Shown here: positions 26,837-35,191 of the stretch, in pieces | Layout of the letters: every line of letters starts with the position of its first letter | Numbering within the stretch: position 1 is the first letter of the stretch | Assembly (NCBI GenBank): GCA_016182015.1 | Contig: JACOYC010000009.1 | Coordinates: forward strand, 6,953 to 70,952 | DNA: 64,000 bases | Reading direction: 5' to 3' | DNA from: Nanobdellati archaeon | GTDB lineage: Archaea; Nanobdellota; Nanobdellia; UBA10117 | Notes under the pieces: generated by a model | Databases searched by the model: none | What the model was told of the DNA's origin: nothing | Seen by the model: the letters and a program-made list of their open reading frames with translations, nothing else | Made by a program: the position numbers and the translations under genes

Positions 26837-28606
26837 TTACTGGGTGCGCCCGTAAACAATCTCTGCAACCCTTGCGCACGATTGGCTGGTTAAAACTGCC
26901 GTACAGAATCTGGCTTCTTTAAGCATCCCTGCCCGCAAGAACGCATTCAGCTTGTTAAGCCAAATTATTTTGTTTTTTGGTTCAATCTCCAAAGCTTTTG
27001 AGTAAAAATTTTGCGCTTCACTAAATTTTTTCTGTGCTACACAAACATCTCCAAGGGCAACATACGTATTTAAATCTACCTTACCAGAAAATAAAATAGA
27101 TTCTAGATGCTGTCTTGCACCATCAAGCTCGCCAACCATAATCTCGGCCATGGCAGTATTATATGCAACTAAATCATTATGCGGTTTTATTCCGCGCAGC
27201 AAGTCAAGCGCTTTGCTGTGCTGTCCAAAACTATAAAGTAAAACTGCTTTATTATTAGCTGCCTCTGTAAAACTTGGTTCTTTTACTATGGCTTTATCAT
27301 AACACATTAATGCATCATCCTTAGCGCCAATAGCATCAAATGTAGCACCAAGGTTGTTCCAGCCGACGGCGCTATTTTCATCAAGGCGTAAAAGCTTTTT
27401 GTACCAGCCTACAGCTTGTTGAAAGTTGCCTTTTCGGTATGCTACATTCCCAAGCTTCAGATACAGCTCCGGTAAAAGCTGGCCTGCCCGGCTTTCATAC
27501 TGTACAACTTTTTTCTCTATTTCTGGAAGCTCTGGCGATGCTATTCTCTTCAGCCCTTGCTCGGCGAGCAGCCTATTTAAAACAGAAACTAAATCATGTA
27601 TTGACTGATTTAGGTCCTGGCCTGCCTGAGGCACCACTATAGACTGTGGCCCCGGCTGCTTGGCCAGCAACAGCTCCCTATCTTTAAGCTCTATCTCTTT
27701 TTCGAGCACAGCAATTTTTTCTTTGTATTCTTGTACCATTACAGCAGCTTCGCGTTCAGTCCTTTCTAAGGCCAGCAACTGATCCTCGCGCCTTTCGCGC
27801 AGGTGTATTTCGCTCCGCTCTTTTTCTTCCTCTAATTCTAGATGCTGTTCTGCTCTTCTTTGTTCAAGCCACGTTTCAACTCTGGCGCGTTCTGCAGTTA
27901 GAAGTGCTTCCTGCATGCCTGCGCGCATTTCCAAAACTTTCTTTTTTTGCTCTAGTAAAATGAACTGCGCAGTTAGGTCCTTATGTGCAGCATCAAATTC
28001 CTGATCCCGCGCTTTTTGATGCAACTCGCTCAAAGCCATTTCTAATTTTTTATCAAGATAATTACCGCTCCAATCACACACAATATCACTTGCCTCAAGA
28101 CCGTATTCAGCCAGCTTCAAGTCTCTTTTAACGCACGCGTAAAAATCCCCGCGCCGGTTTAAACAAACATCATCAGCAGTAAACTCACTGGCGACGCTCA
28201 CAGCAGCTTCAGAAAGTCTGGGTGATAAAATTTCCTCCAGATCACTTTTCATAACTCCTGATTTGCCTTCAGTTGCAAACAAATTAACAAGCGCATGCGC
28301 AAGCTTGCCTGCGGCCAATTCATTTCTAATGATATATTTGAGTGTCAGGTCGCCTTCGAGTTTGTGGCCATCCTTTGTTGTCACGCCTAATTTAAAATGC
28401 AATAAGACTGGCCCATTATCCACAACAATATAATCCTGGTCGCCGAACCAGCGCCGTTTCCCGGGCTGTTCGCCTTTAAATAAATCTGCCAGATTTTCCG
28501 CTGGCATGCAGTAATCTTCTCCCGGCGCGTTGTCTCTGTGAAATATTCCGCGCTGTTGCGTCACCTTTCTTGCAACCTCATCCTCACTTTTTTTCCAGGG
28601 TTTCAT
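26837..28606 (-). CDS. SPFH/band-7-like N-domain, charged coiled coil, C-terminal TPR repeats
   Basis: 589 aa. The N-terminus DYIVVDNGPVLLHFKLGVTTKDGHKLEGDLTLKYIIRN looks SPFH-like by eye. The central region is an EQRRAEQHLELEEEKERSEIHLRERRED coil. The C-terminus has TPR units (GNFQQAVGWYKKLLRLDENSAVGWNNLG...). Confidence 0.45.
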   Translation of the reverse strand: MKPWKKSEDEVARKVTQQRGIFHRDNAPGEDYCMPAENLADLFKGEQPGKRRWFGDQDYIVVDNGPVLLHFKLGVTTKDGHKLEGDLTLKYIIRNELAAGKLAHALVNLFATEGKSGVMKSDLEEILSPRLSEAAVSVASEFTADDVCLNRRGDFYACVKRDLKLAEYGLEASDIVCDWSGNYLDKKLEMALSELHQKARDQEFDAAHKDLTAQFILLEQKKKVLEMRAGMQEALLTAERARVETWLEQRRAEQHLELEEEKERSEIHLRERREDQLLALERTEREAAVMVQEYKEKIAVLEKEIELKDRELLLAKQPGPQSIVVPQAGQDLNQSIHDLVSVLNRLLAEQGLKRIASPELPEIEKKVVQYESRAGQLLPELYLKLGNVAYRKGNFQQAVGWYKKLLRLDENSAVGWNNLGATFDAIGAKDDALMCYDKAIVKEPSFTEAANNKAVLLYSFGQHSKALDLLRGIKPHNDLVAYNTAMAEIMVGELDGARQHLESILFSGKVDLNTYVALGDVCVAQKKFSEAQNFYSKALEIEPKNKIIWLNKLNAFLRAGMLKEARFCTAVLTSQSCARVAEIVYGRTQ

Positions 28607-28629
28607 ATTATGTAAAAATGCTCAGTAAC

Positions 28630-29988
28630 TCAGCTAGCAACAATCTCATATCCCACACCTAAGCTGCCGAAGTCCAGCTCTCTCAAACTCCCCAATTTTA
28701 GTTTAGCTTTTACAAAATCGTCAATGAGATCTTCTCTGACAAAACTGCGCAAATCATCCGCTTCTATTCTTAAGCTACTGGCGGCCGGGTTTTTTTCACG
28801 CGCCACTTTTCTTAACATTCCGTCAGTTGTCATCGGTTTCTGATTGTCACCGGAAAAATAGGGCGCAAAATGTTTTGCAACCGGATTGTTCTCATCATAA
28901 ATCAGGCGCCTGCTGCTTAAGTCGTAACACATAACTGCAGAATCTGCCAGCTGCGTGTTTCTGAAAAATTTTGCCACATTTTCCCGCACCCCTTCCGCAA
29001 CAAAGACAAATACTTTCTGGCCTTCGCCTGCAACCTTATGTATAAAGTCGGTCATGTCTTTGTCGCTCTTTAGTTTGAATGATAGATAGGTCAGCGCCTC
29101 AGAGAAATAAACGCATTCTATGCCCAAACCTTTTTGCAATGTTCTGCCCTTAACTGTGCCGCGGATGCTACATGTTTTGTGTGTGTCATCTATTTTTTCA
29201 CAGAGCAGGTCATCCGGCGGGCCTGCCCACCAAGACCATCGCGCATCAAGTATTGGGACTTTTCCGTTTGGCCAGTAGTCCGGCACATAATTTTTCAGCA
29301 GGCTCATCGCGCTGGCCATGTAGCTCTTTGCGCCTACGCTCAGGCTTGATTGTGATGCTGCAATGCTTGTCCTGCGCGCGGCTTCCTGCGCGCCAAGGCG
29401 TTCTTCCAGGCTGTCATGCACGCGCGTGCCTGGCCAGCGGAATGTCTCGCGCAGGTGCTGGTCGGGATAAACATAATCATATTTTATTACATCGGAAGGA
29501 ACTCTTTCCCAGATATTATTTAATTGTACAGCTAACGCTGTTGTTGCTATAAAATTATTTTCATTAATCGCGCCCTTTGCTTTTTCATCGCGGAGCAGAA
29601 CAACCTGATAGTTAAGTACATTTGCATACTCGCGCATCTGGGCAAAAAAATCGCGCTGGCGTTCCTGTGCCTGCCTGTCAACACTTCTGTTTGCTCCCCT
29701 GCCCTTAAAATTTCTCAGCGTATAACCGCGGACATTTGCCGAAAGAATTTCAAGCTGTCTTTTCAGCTCAGGGTCACCGCGCAAAAGCTCTGCGACGCCA
29801 ATCGCACCATTAACACTATCCAAAACATCATCGCGCAGGCCTGTTGTTTCCCTTCTTGCCTGCATCTGCGGCGTGCCATGCATCACGCGATAGGCAAGCT
29901 TTATAACATACGCGCCAGGGCCGTCTGCATACTGTATATACTGCCAAAGCTGGCTAAGCCCCAGACCAGCGACAAGCGCGGCAACCAA
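28630..29988 (-). CDS. hypothetical protein
   Basis: 452-aa ORF between the SPFH/TPR gene and the AAA pair. No family recognised. Confidence 0.45.
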   Translation of the reverse strand: MVAALVAGLGLSQLWQYIQYADGPGAYVIKLAYRVMHGTPQMQARRETTGLRDDVLDSVNGAIGVAELLRGDPELKRQLEILSANVRGYTLRNFKGRGANRSVDRQAQERQRDFFAQMREYANVLNYQVVLLRDEKAKGAINENNFIATTALAVQLNNIWERVPSDVIKYDYVYPDQHLRETFRWPGTRVHDSLEERLGAQEAARRTSIAASQSSLSVGAKSYMASAMSLLKNYVPDYWPNGKVPILDARWSWWAGPPDDLLCEKIDDTHKTCSIRGTVKGRTLQKGLGIECVYFSEALTYLSFKLKSDKDMTDFIHKVAGEGQKVFVFVAEGVRENVAKFFRNTQLADSAVMCYDLSSRRLIYDENNPVAKHFAPYFSGDNQKPMTTDGMLRKVAREKNPAASSLRIEADDLRSFVREDLIDDFVKAKLKLGSLRELDFGSLGVGYEIVAS

Positions 29989-30055
29989 ATTACACCACGT
30001 AAAAATCCAAATAGTTAAAGATTTAAAGGTTTCGCTGTAAGATGATTTTTACAAA

Positions 30056-31345
30056 TTATTCGCTCGGCAATTCCCCGCCCGAGGACTTGCCTTCTATTTT
30101 AACCGGCGGCCTGGCCATGTCGCTTTTGTATCTTTCAATCATGTCAAGCAAATCCTTAAATTCATCTCTTTCGCCGCTTCTTTCTATCTGCTGTTCCGCG
30201 AGCGTGAACCACGGGCCAAGCGTTGATGGCTTTTGCGAAATTGCCTGCTGGAAATCCGCGAGCGTTACCTGCCTTGCCTGCCCGCCCGAGCTCAGCGCCT
30301 CTCTGAATGGAATATCTGCAGCTAATTTCACAACTTCAGCAATATCTGCCGCAGAATACCACTCTGTCATGCCTGCAAGCGCAATATAATTTACTGAAGT
30401 TTCAACTGGCCGCGAGCTGCACTCTTTCTCAAAAATTGCTGTGCGCATTTCCAGGTCTGGCGGCGAAACCAAAACGTGCTTGCTAAACCTTCCGCTTCTT
30501 CTTAGCGCAGGGGCGATCTCCCATGGCTTGTTTGTAGAAGCTAAAATCAGGGATTTTTCCGGCCGTTCCTGCAGGCCATCCATCTGGGCAAGCAGTGTGT
30601 TGACTGCCTTGACTCTTTTTTTGTTGGCCAGCGAGTCAAACTCATCAAAATACATAATCGACGGTGAATTTTCCCTCGCAAATTCAAATGCTGTCACTAT
30701 GTTGCGCTCTGTCTCGCCCTCGCCGCTTTTCAATAAATTGTACGGCATGACAAACAGAAATGTTGCATTGCCCTCGCCTGCTGCTGCCTTTGCAACAAAA
30801 GTCTTTCCGCAGCCTGGCGGGCCGTAGAGCAGGACGGCTTCTGAAGTCTGCTTTCCGTAAGCCTGATAAAGTTCCGGGCGCGTGAATGGATAAACCAAAA
30901 CCTCATTTATGATTTGCTTAACTACTGGCATGCCAACAACATCATCAAGCTTGACATTTGGCCTTTCAATTAAAAGGAAATCTGGAACATCTTCTTTCTT
31001 TTCATCTATTGTTGGTTTTTCCGGCGCGATTTTCTTTGGGTCCGGCGGCGGAACTGGCTTTGAAGGCGCAACCGGAATTGCTGGCACTGGCTGGGGCGGC
31101 GGTGGAATTACACTTTTTCCAACACCGGGCGCATACCTTTTTGCTATTTCGAGGCATTGCTGGCCTCGCTTGAGATGATCCCTGCTCTCACGATTCTGCT
31201 GAATCCTTGATGCCTGAACATAAAGGTCTGCAGCTTCCAGGTAGCATCTGCGGGCTTCAGAAAAATCCCGCGAACGTTCGTGCTTCATGGCCGATGTATA
31301 CAAACCGTCCGCCCTTCCTACTAGTTCTTCAAGTTTCTGTGACAT
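30056..31345 (-). CDS. MIT-AAA+ ATPase, Vps4/CdvC-like, paralog with degenerate pore loop
   Basis: 429 aa. The N-terminal three-helix segment is FSEARRCYLEAADLYVQASRI...CLEIAKRY, followed by a Pro-rich linker. Walker A is LLYGPPGCGKT and Walker B is IMYFDEFDSL. The SRH is TNKPWEIAPALRRSGRFSK. The pore-loop position reads LLKSGEGETE and lacks an aromatic residue. Confidence 0.75.
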   Translation of the reverse strand: MSQKLEELVGRADGLYTSAMKHERSRDFSEARRCYLEAADLYVQASRIQQNRESRDHLKRGQQCLEIAKRYAPGVGKSVIPPPPQPVPAIPVAPSKPVPPPDPKKIAPEKPTIDEKKEDVPDFLLIERPNVKLDDVVGMPVVKQIINEVLVYPFTRPELYQAYGKQTSEAVLLYGPPGCGKTFVAKAAAGEGNATFLFVMPYNLLKSGEGETERNIVTAFEFARENSPSIMYFDEFDSLANKKRVKAVNTLLAQMDGLQERPEKSLILASTNKPWEIAPALRRSGRFSKHVLVSPPDLEMRTAIFEKECSSRPVETSVNYIALAGMTEWYSAADIAEVVKLAADIPFREALSSGGQARQVTLADFQQAISQKPSTLGPWFTLAEQQIERSGERDEFKDLLDMIERYKSDMARPPVKIEGKSSGGELPSE

Positions 31346-31346
31346 T

Positions 31347-32579
31347 TTAGTTTTTTGGCAAATATCTTCTTATTAGATTTACTAAATCCGGATACTCTGA
31401 TGCTTCGCCGCTCCTTTCAATTTCGTTTTTTGCCTTAACAAGCCAAGGCACTAATGATTTTTTTGTCTGCGAAAGAGCTGTTTGAAAATCTCTAATAACT
31501 ACCGGCCTTTCTGACTTGCCTTCCAAAGACACTTCTTTTGCGATAATTTGCTTTGCACTTTTAGCGATATCAACGATATCCGCACTGGTGTAGCCTTCGG
31601 TATTCTGCGCCAGCCAGTCGTAATCTGCAGGATGAAGACTTACAAGTTCTGCCGTTGTATTTAACTGAAAAATTTTCTTTCTGGCGGGAGCATCTGGCAA
31701 GGGAACAAACACAGTTCTGTCAAGCCTGCCAGGCCTTCGGACTGCGGGATCAACTGCCCATGGCCTGTTTGTAGTTGCCATCCAAAATACCGGCTTCGCT
31801 GCATCTTTGCTTGAAAAGCCATCCATGCTGGACAGTATTTGATTCACGAGCCTTGCTGTATGTGATGCGTCTGCTGAGTCTCTGGAAACACCAAGCGCGT
31901 CAATCTCATCTAAGAATATTATGCTCGGCGCGTTTTTTATTGCGTCTTCAGTCATTCTTGAAAAATGCTGCTCCGACTCACCGACATATTTACTCAAAAT
32001 ATCGCTTATCTTTACGTTATAAAAATTTGCCTTGCACTGGCCTGCTGCTGCCCTGCCGATAAATGTTTTTCCGCAGCCTGGCGGGCCGTAAAGCAAAATG
32101 CCGCCGCCGGGTTTCAAGCCCAGCCGTTGGTAAAGCTGCGGCGACATCATCGGCTGTATTATACTAAGGCGTATCTCTTCTTTGACATCATCAAGGCCAG
32201 CCACCTGTTCAAAAGTCATGTCTGACTTCTCGGGCTTGATTTCAAATGTTTCTTCCAGAGAACTAGAATCGCCTCCACCACCCTGTCTGACTTGAATGCG
32301 CGGTGGTGGCTGCGGGGCGAGGGCTCTGCCTTTTTCCACGTACAACCTTGCTAAATTTTCCCAGCTTTTTCTGTCGGCTTCTGAGCTGGTTAGCCTTGCA
32401 GCATTAGCATACTCTTCTGCAGCTCTTAGATAAAGTTGCCGCGAACGTTCAAAGCCATATTGTGCGCGGCTAGTGTCAGCTGGCAAGAGAGACTTAGCCT
32501 CCTCCTCGAGTCTGCGTGCTTCATTAGAGTAGCCAAGCCCTCTGGCTGCTGTAACCCTGGGTTCATTGCCAGCTGACAT
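31347..32579 (-). CDS. MIT-AAA+ ATPase, Vps4/CdvC-like, paralog with canonical pore loop
   Basis: 410 aa. The N-terminus is FERSRQLYLRAAEEYANAARL...LARLYVEKGRAL. Walker A is LLYGPPGCGKT and Walker B is IIFLDEIDAL. The pore loop is SKYVGESE. The SRH is TNRPWAVDPAVRRPGRLDR. There is a 1-nt gap to the paralog downstream. Confidence 0.75.
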   Translation of the reverse strand: MSAGNEPRVTAARGLGYSNEARRLEEEAKSLLPADTSRAQYGFERSRQLYLRAAEEYANAARLTSSEADRKSWENLARLYVEKGRALAPQPPPRIQVRQGGGGDSSSLEETFEIKPEKSDMTFEQVAGLDDVKEEIRLSIIQPMMSPQLYQRLGLKPGGGILLYGPPGCGKTFIGRAAAGQCKANFYNVKISDILSKYVGESEQHFSRMTEDAIKNAPSIIFLDEIDALGVSRDSADASHTARLVNQILSSMDGFSSKDAAKPVFWMATTNRPWAVDPAVRRPGRLDRTVFVPLPDAPARKKIFQLNTTAELVSLHPADYDWLAQNTEGYTSADIVDIAKSAKQIIAKEVSLEGKSERPVVIRDFQTALSQTKKSLVPWLVKAKNEIERSGEASEYPDLVNLIRRYLPKN

Positions 32580-32588
32580 AGTTTGTAT

Positions 32589-33197
32589 TTACCTAGCACC
32601 TTGATTGCCTTCGTCCCTTTGCCTCTCTTTCGCAATCTCCTGTTCCACAGAAGTTACGCCCACAGTTTCCTGTGCGATTTCTGCTGAGGCCTGTGCCTTT
32701 AATCTTGCAACAAGGTCTTCTGTTGGCTCAGACTGGCCAATGTTTGAGAGGCCTTCAAGTGCAACCTCTACCTGCTGGCCACTGGTCTCTAAATCTCTCA
32801 GTGCTTGCTCTGCATCACCAAGCAGCGCATCTATGTTTCCTGTTTTGGCTTTTAGTTTTCCTGATACTTTTACTACACCTTTCATCGTGCCGAGCAAACC
32901 AACATATTGTTCGGCAAGGTCTACTAAACCAACAACATTTTGAGAATATTGTCTTATGTTGCCAGCTGCAAGTTCCATTCTGCCTGCACGGTCATACATA
33001 TTGGCGTGCATTGCTTCGGCCTTTTCACCAGCATTTGTTCTAACTGCTTCCTTAAATGCCTCATACGCTTTTTGTTTACTTCGCTTTGCTCCCAAAGCTG
33101 ACTTGTCGGCCTCTCGCTGCGCCCTGACCAGAGTTTGCTTCAACTGGTATGGCGTCTCGCTTCTAAATAAACCCTTTAACGTTTCTCCTAATGTCAT
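32589..33197 (-). CDS. ESCRT-III (Snf7/CHMP/CdvB)-like protein
   Basis: 202 aa and all-helical. The N-terminus ETLKGLFRSETPYQLKQTLVRAQREADKSALGAKRSKQKAYEAFKEAVRTNAGEKAEAM follows the CHMP pattern. The first half is basic and the C-terminus is acidic, with a TEDLVARLKAQ helix. It lies 9 nt upstream of the AAA gene. Confidence 0.6.
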   Translation of the reverse strand: MTLGETLKGLFRSETPYQLKQTLVRAQREADKSALGAKRSKQKAYEAFKEAVRTNAGEKAEAMHANMYDRAGRMELAAGNIRQYSQNVVGLVDLAEQYVGLLGTMKGVVKVSGKLKAKTGNIDALLGDAEQALRDLETSGQQVEVALEGLSNIGQSEPTEDLVARLKAQASAEIAQETVGVTSVEQEIAKERQRDEGNQGAR

Positions 33198-33207
33198 TTT
33201 TTCACCC

Positions 33208-33942
33208 CTAAATTTTTTCTACCTCTCTTTTCCCTTTTTGGGATTGAGCATCAACGTCCGGTGTGCTTGCCCTAGCAACTACCAGAAGTTCAGGCTGCCT
33301 GGCCGGTTGTGCTGGCTGCCTTTGCGGCTGGCCTGACAGCTCTCTTTTCAGCTGAGCATACAGCGCTGCATCCTCCGGCGTTGTTTCCAGTTGTGCGCCT
33401 AGCGCAGACTCGCTTGATTCGGCTATTCTCTCCAAGTCACTATTCACACGATCACTCTCTTCACCAAGCCGCTGTGCTGTTGCAGCGATTGCTTCAGACT
33501 GATAGCCTAGCTTTTCGCCCATTACTGTAAAAAGTTCTGAAACTTCTGCAACGTCCTGCAACCACGTTCCGTTCTTAACTGCAGTTATTGCATCTATTAC
33601 CTTTGAAGCGAGCAATGAAGCATTATCCGCGCGCTGGCGCGCATATCTGTGTGCCTTGACAAAAGACTGCGCTTGTATTTTATCACCCTTGCCTTCCCAC
33701 ACCGCAGCGCGTTGCCAAGCAGCCTCAGCTTCTGTAACACTTTTTTCTCTCAAGTTAAGCTGGTGCTGGTACTGCATATTAAGCCTCGTAACTAATTCCT
33801 GATCCGACATCCTCTGATACTCTGCAATCCTTTGCTGTGAGCCCGGCCGAAACTGTCCCGTATTGGGATTAATACCAATATGATCGCGGTTATTTCTGTA
33901 CCACCAATCTGCCAGCCTGTCAAGCATTCCTCTTTGTCCCAT
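33208..33942 (-). CDS. divergent ESCRT-III/PspA-superfamily-like helical protein
   Basis: 244 aa and predominantly helical, with the same basic-then-acidic polarity. The C-terminal helix is PEDAALYAQLKRELSG. It is adjacent to the 202-aa ESCRT-III-like gene (10-nt gap). Confidence 0.4.
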   Translation of the reverse strand: MGQRGMLDRLADWWYRNNRDHIGINPNTGQFRPGSQQRIAEYQRMSDQELVTRLNMQYQHQLNLREKSVTEAEAAWQRAAVWEGKGDKIQAQSFVKAHRYARQRADNASLLASKVIDAITAVKNGTWLQDVAEVSELFTVMGEKLGYQSEAIAATAQRLGEESDRVNSDLERIAESSESALGAQLETTPEDAALYAQLKRELSGQPQRQPAQPARQPELLVVARASTPDVDAQSQKGKREVEKI

Positions 33943-33946
33943 TTTA

Positions 33947-35092
33947 TCACCCGATTAGCGAGAGCGTATCGCCCTGCTTATCAACTTCCCTTCCATAAAC
34001 TTTCTTAAACAGTTTTACAACATCATCATTATTTAATCTGAGCGCAGTGCGCAGCCTTGGCAGGCCAAACATTTCACCGCCAGAGCCTAAAGACAAAAGC
34101 GAATCCGTCTGCGTCTCTCTAAATTCATCTAGGTAAGCCCGCAGTCCATCAGTCTCTGCAGTCGGGTCGAAATAATGCTTGAACAGCCTTGCCCGCGCAT
34201 CGCCCTGATTGTAGATTAATTCTTCATCCCTGAAATTCCAGCAGAAAGGCAGGTAATTTGGGTGCTCGAACTGCCTGAACAGAGTGCTTATTCCTGCGCG
34301 GGACATATTATCAACAACAAAACATTCAACTACAAACTGCTTGCGCCTGTGCGCCTCTTCCGCCCGGCTAATCAAGCTGTCCTTCCGCGCAGTTGGCGAA
34401 AGCGAAAGCTCAATTGAAAATAAAGAATATTCGCAGCGCACCGCGAGCGGCCTTGCAAGCAGGCCCGTCTTTACCTCGCCGGCAACAGCGATTCCGTCCT
34501 CGCGCAACAATTTAGGATCCCAACTGCCATCGCCCAAAAACGCGCCCGGCGCATAAAGCGGCATCTGGGCAGCCATCTTAGTTCTAACTGCTAAAACATA
34601 CATTGCACCGGGTATGCGCGTCGTTCCACTGCCAATTGCAGAAACATGCCCATGGAGCTGCTTAATCTGCTCAATATTTTCTTCATATGCCTGCATTCTT
34701 GCCGGCAGCTCTGCCTGTGCCCTGCCAACTAATGTATTCTTATCGAATTTAATATCTTGTAATTTCACGCCGCGCGCAGCTGCCTGCAAATATGTTTGGC
34801 TGTGCACGACATATCTGTTCAGCTCTCTGGCCTCAGTTTCAAAATCCAGCTCTTTGCCAGAAATCGCTGCAGCATATATAGAATCTAATGCTGACAAGAT
34901 TATCTCGCAATTATTTCTTTCAACTAAGTCATGCACGCTTTTTTCCAGCCCGTTACATACCAGAGAAAAATTTTGGAGTAGTTCCTGCGTCCTGGCAATT
35001 TGTTTCCACCAGTCCTGCCTGTTTTGCTTGGCGTGCTGCTGCAATATCTGCCGCAGATTTTCTGCTACCTGTAGCTTGCTTTCCAGTGTCAT
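33947..35092 (-). CDS. hypothetical protein, first gene of the minus-strand array
   Basis: 381 aa, 4 nt upstream of the 244-aa gene. It ends ...VDKQGDTLSLIG. No family recognised. Confidence 0.45.
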   Translation of the reverse strand: MTLESKLQVAENLRQILQQHAKQNRQDWWKQIARTQELLQNFSLVCNGLEKSVHDLVERNNCEIILSALDSIYAAAISGKELDFETEARELNRYVVHSQTYLQAAARGVKLQDIKFDKNTLVGRAQAELPARMQAYEENIEQIKQLHGHVSAIGSGTTRIPGAMYVLAVRTKMAAQMPLYAPGAFLGDGSWDPKLLREDGIAVAGEVKTGLLARPLAVRCEYSLFSIELSLSPTARKDSLISRAEEAHRRKQFVVECFVVDNMSRAGISTLFRQFEHPNYLPFCWNFRDEELIYNQGDARARLFKHYFDPTAETDGLRAYLDEFRETQTDSLLSLGSGGEMFGLPRLRTALRLNNDDVVKLFKKVYGREVDKQGDTLSLIG

Positions 35093-35114
35093 ACTACTAA
35101 ATGTCAGTTAAAAA

Positions 35115-35170
35115 AGCTTAAATAGCTTTCGCTTCGGCTGCTTTTAAGCCTTCCGAAAGCTTATTAAATT
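35115..35170. promoter_or_regulatory. compact divergent promoter region with two TATA-like boxes
   Basis: cttaaata at 35117-35124 (tatttaag on the minus strand) lies ~28 nt from the minus ATG at 35092. ttattaaa at 35161-35168 lies ~27 nt from the plus ATG at 35192. This spacing suggests leaderless or short-leader transcripts. An 8-bp inverted repeat agctttcg/cgaaagct lies between the boxes. Confidence 0.35.
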
Positions 35171-35191
35171 TTACGCATTAAGCGGCGGCAT

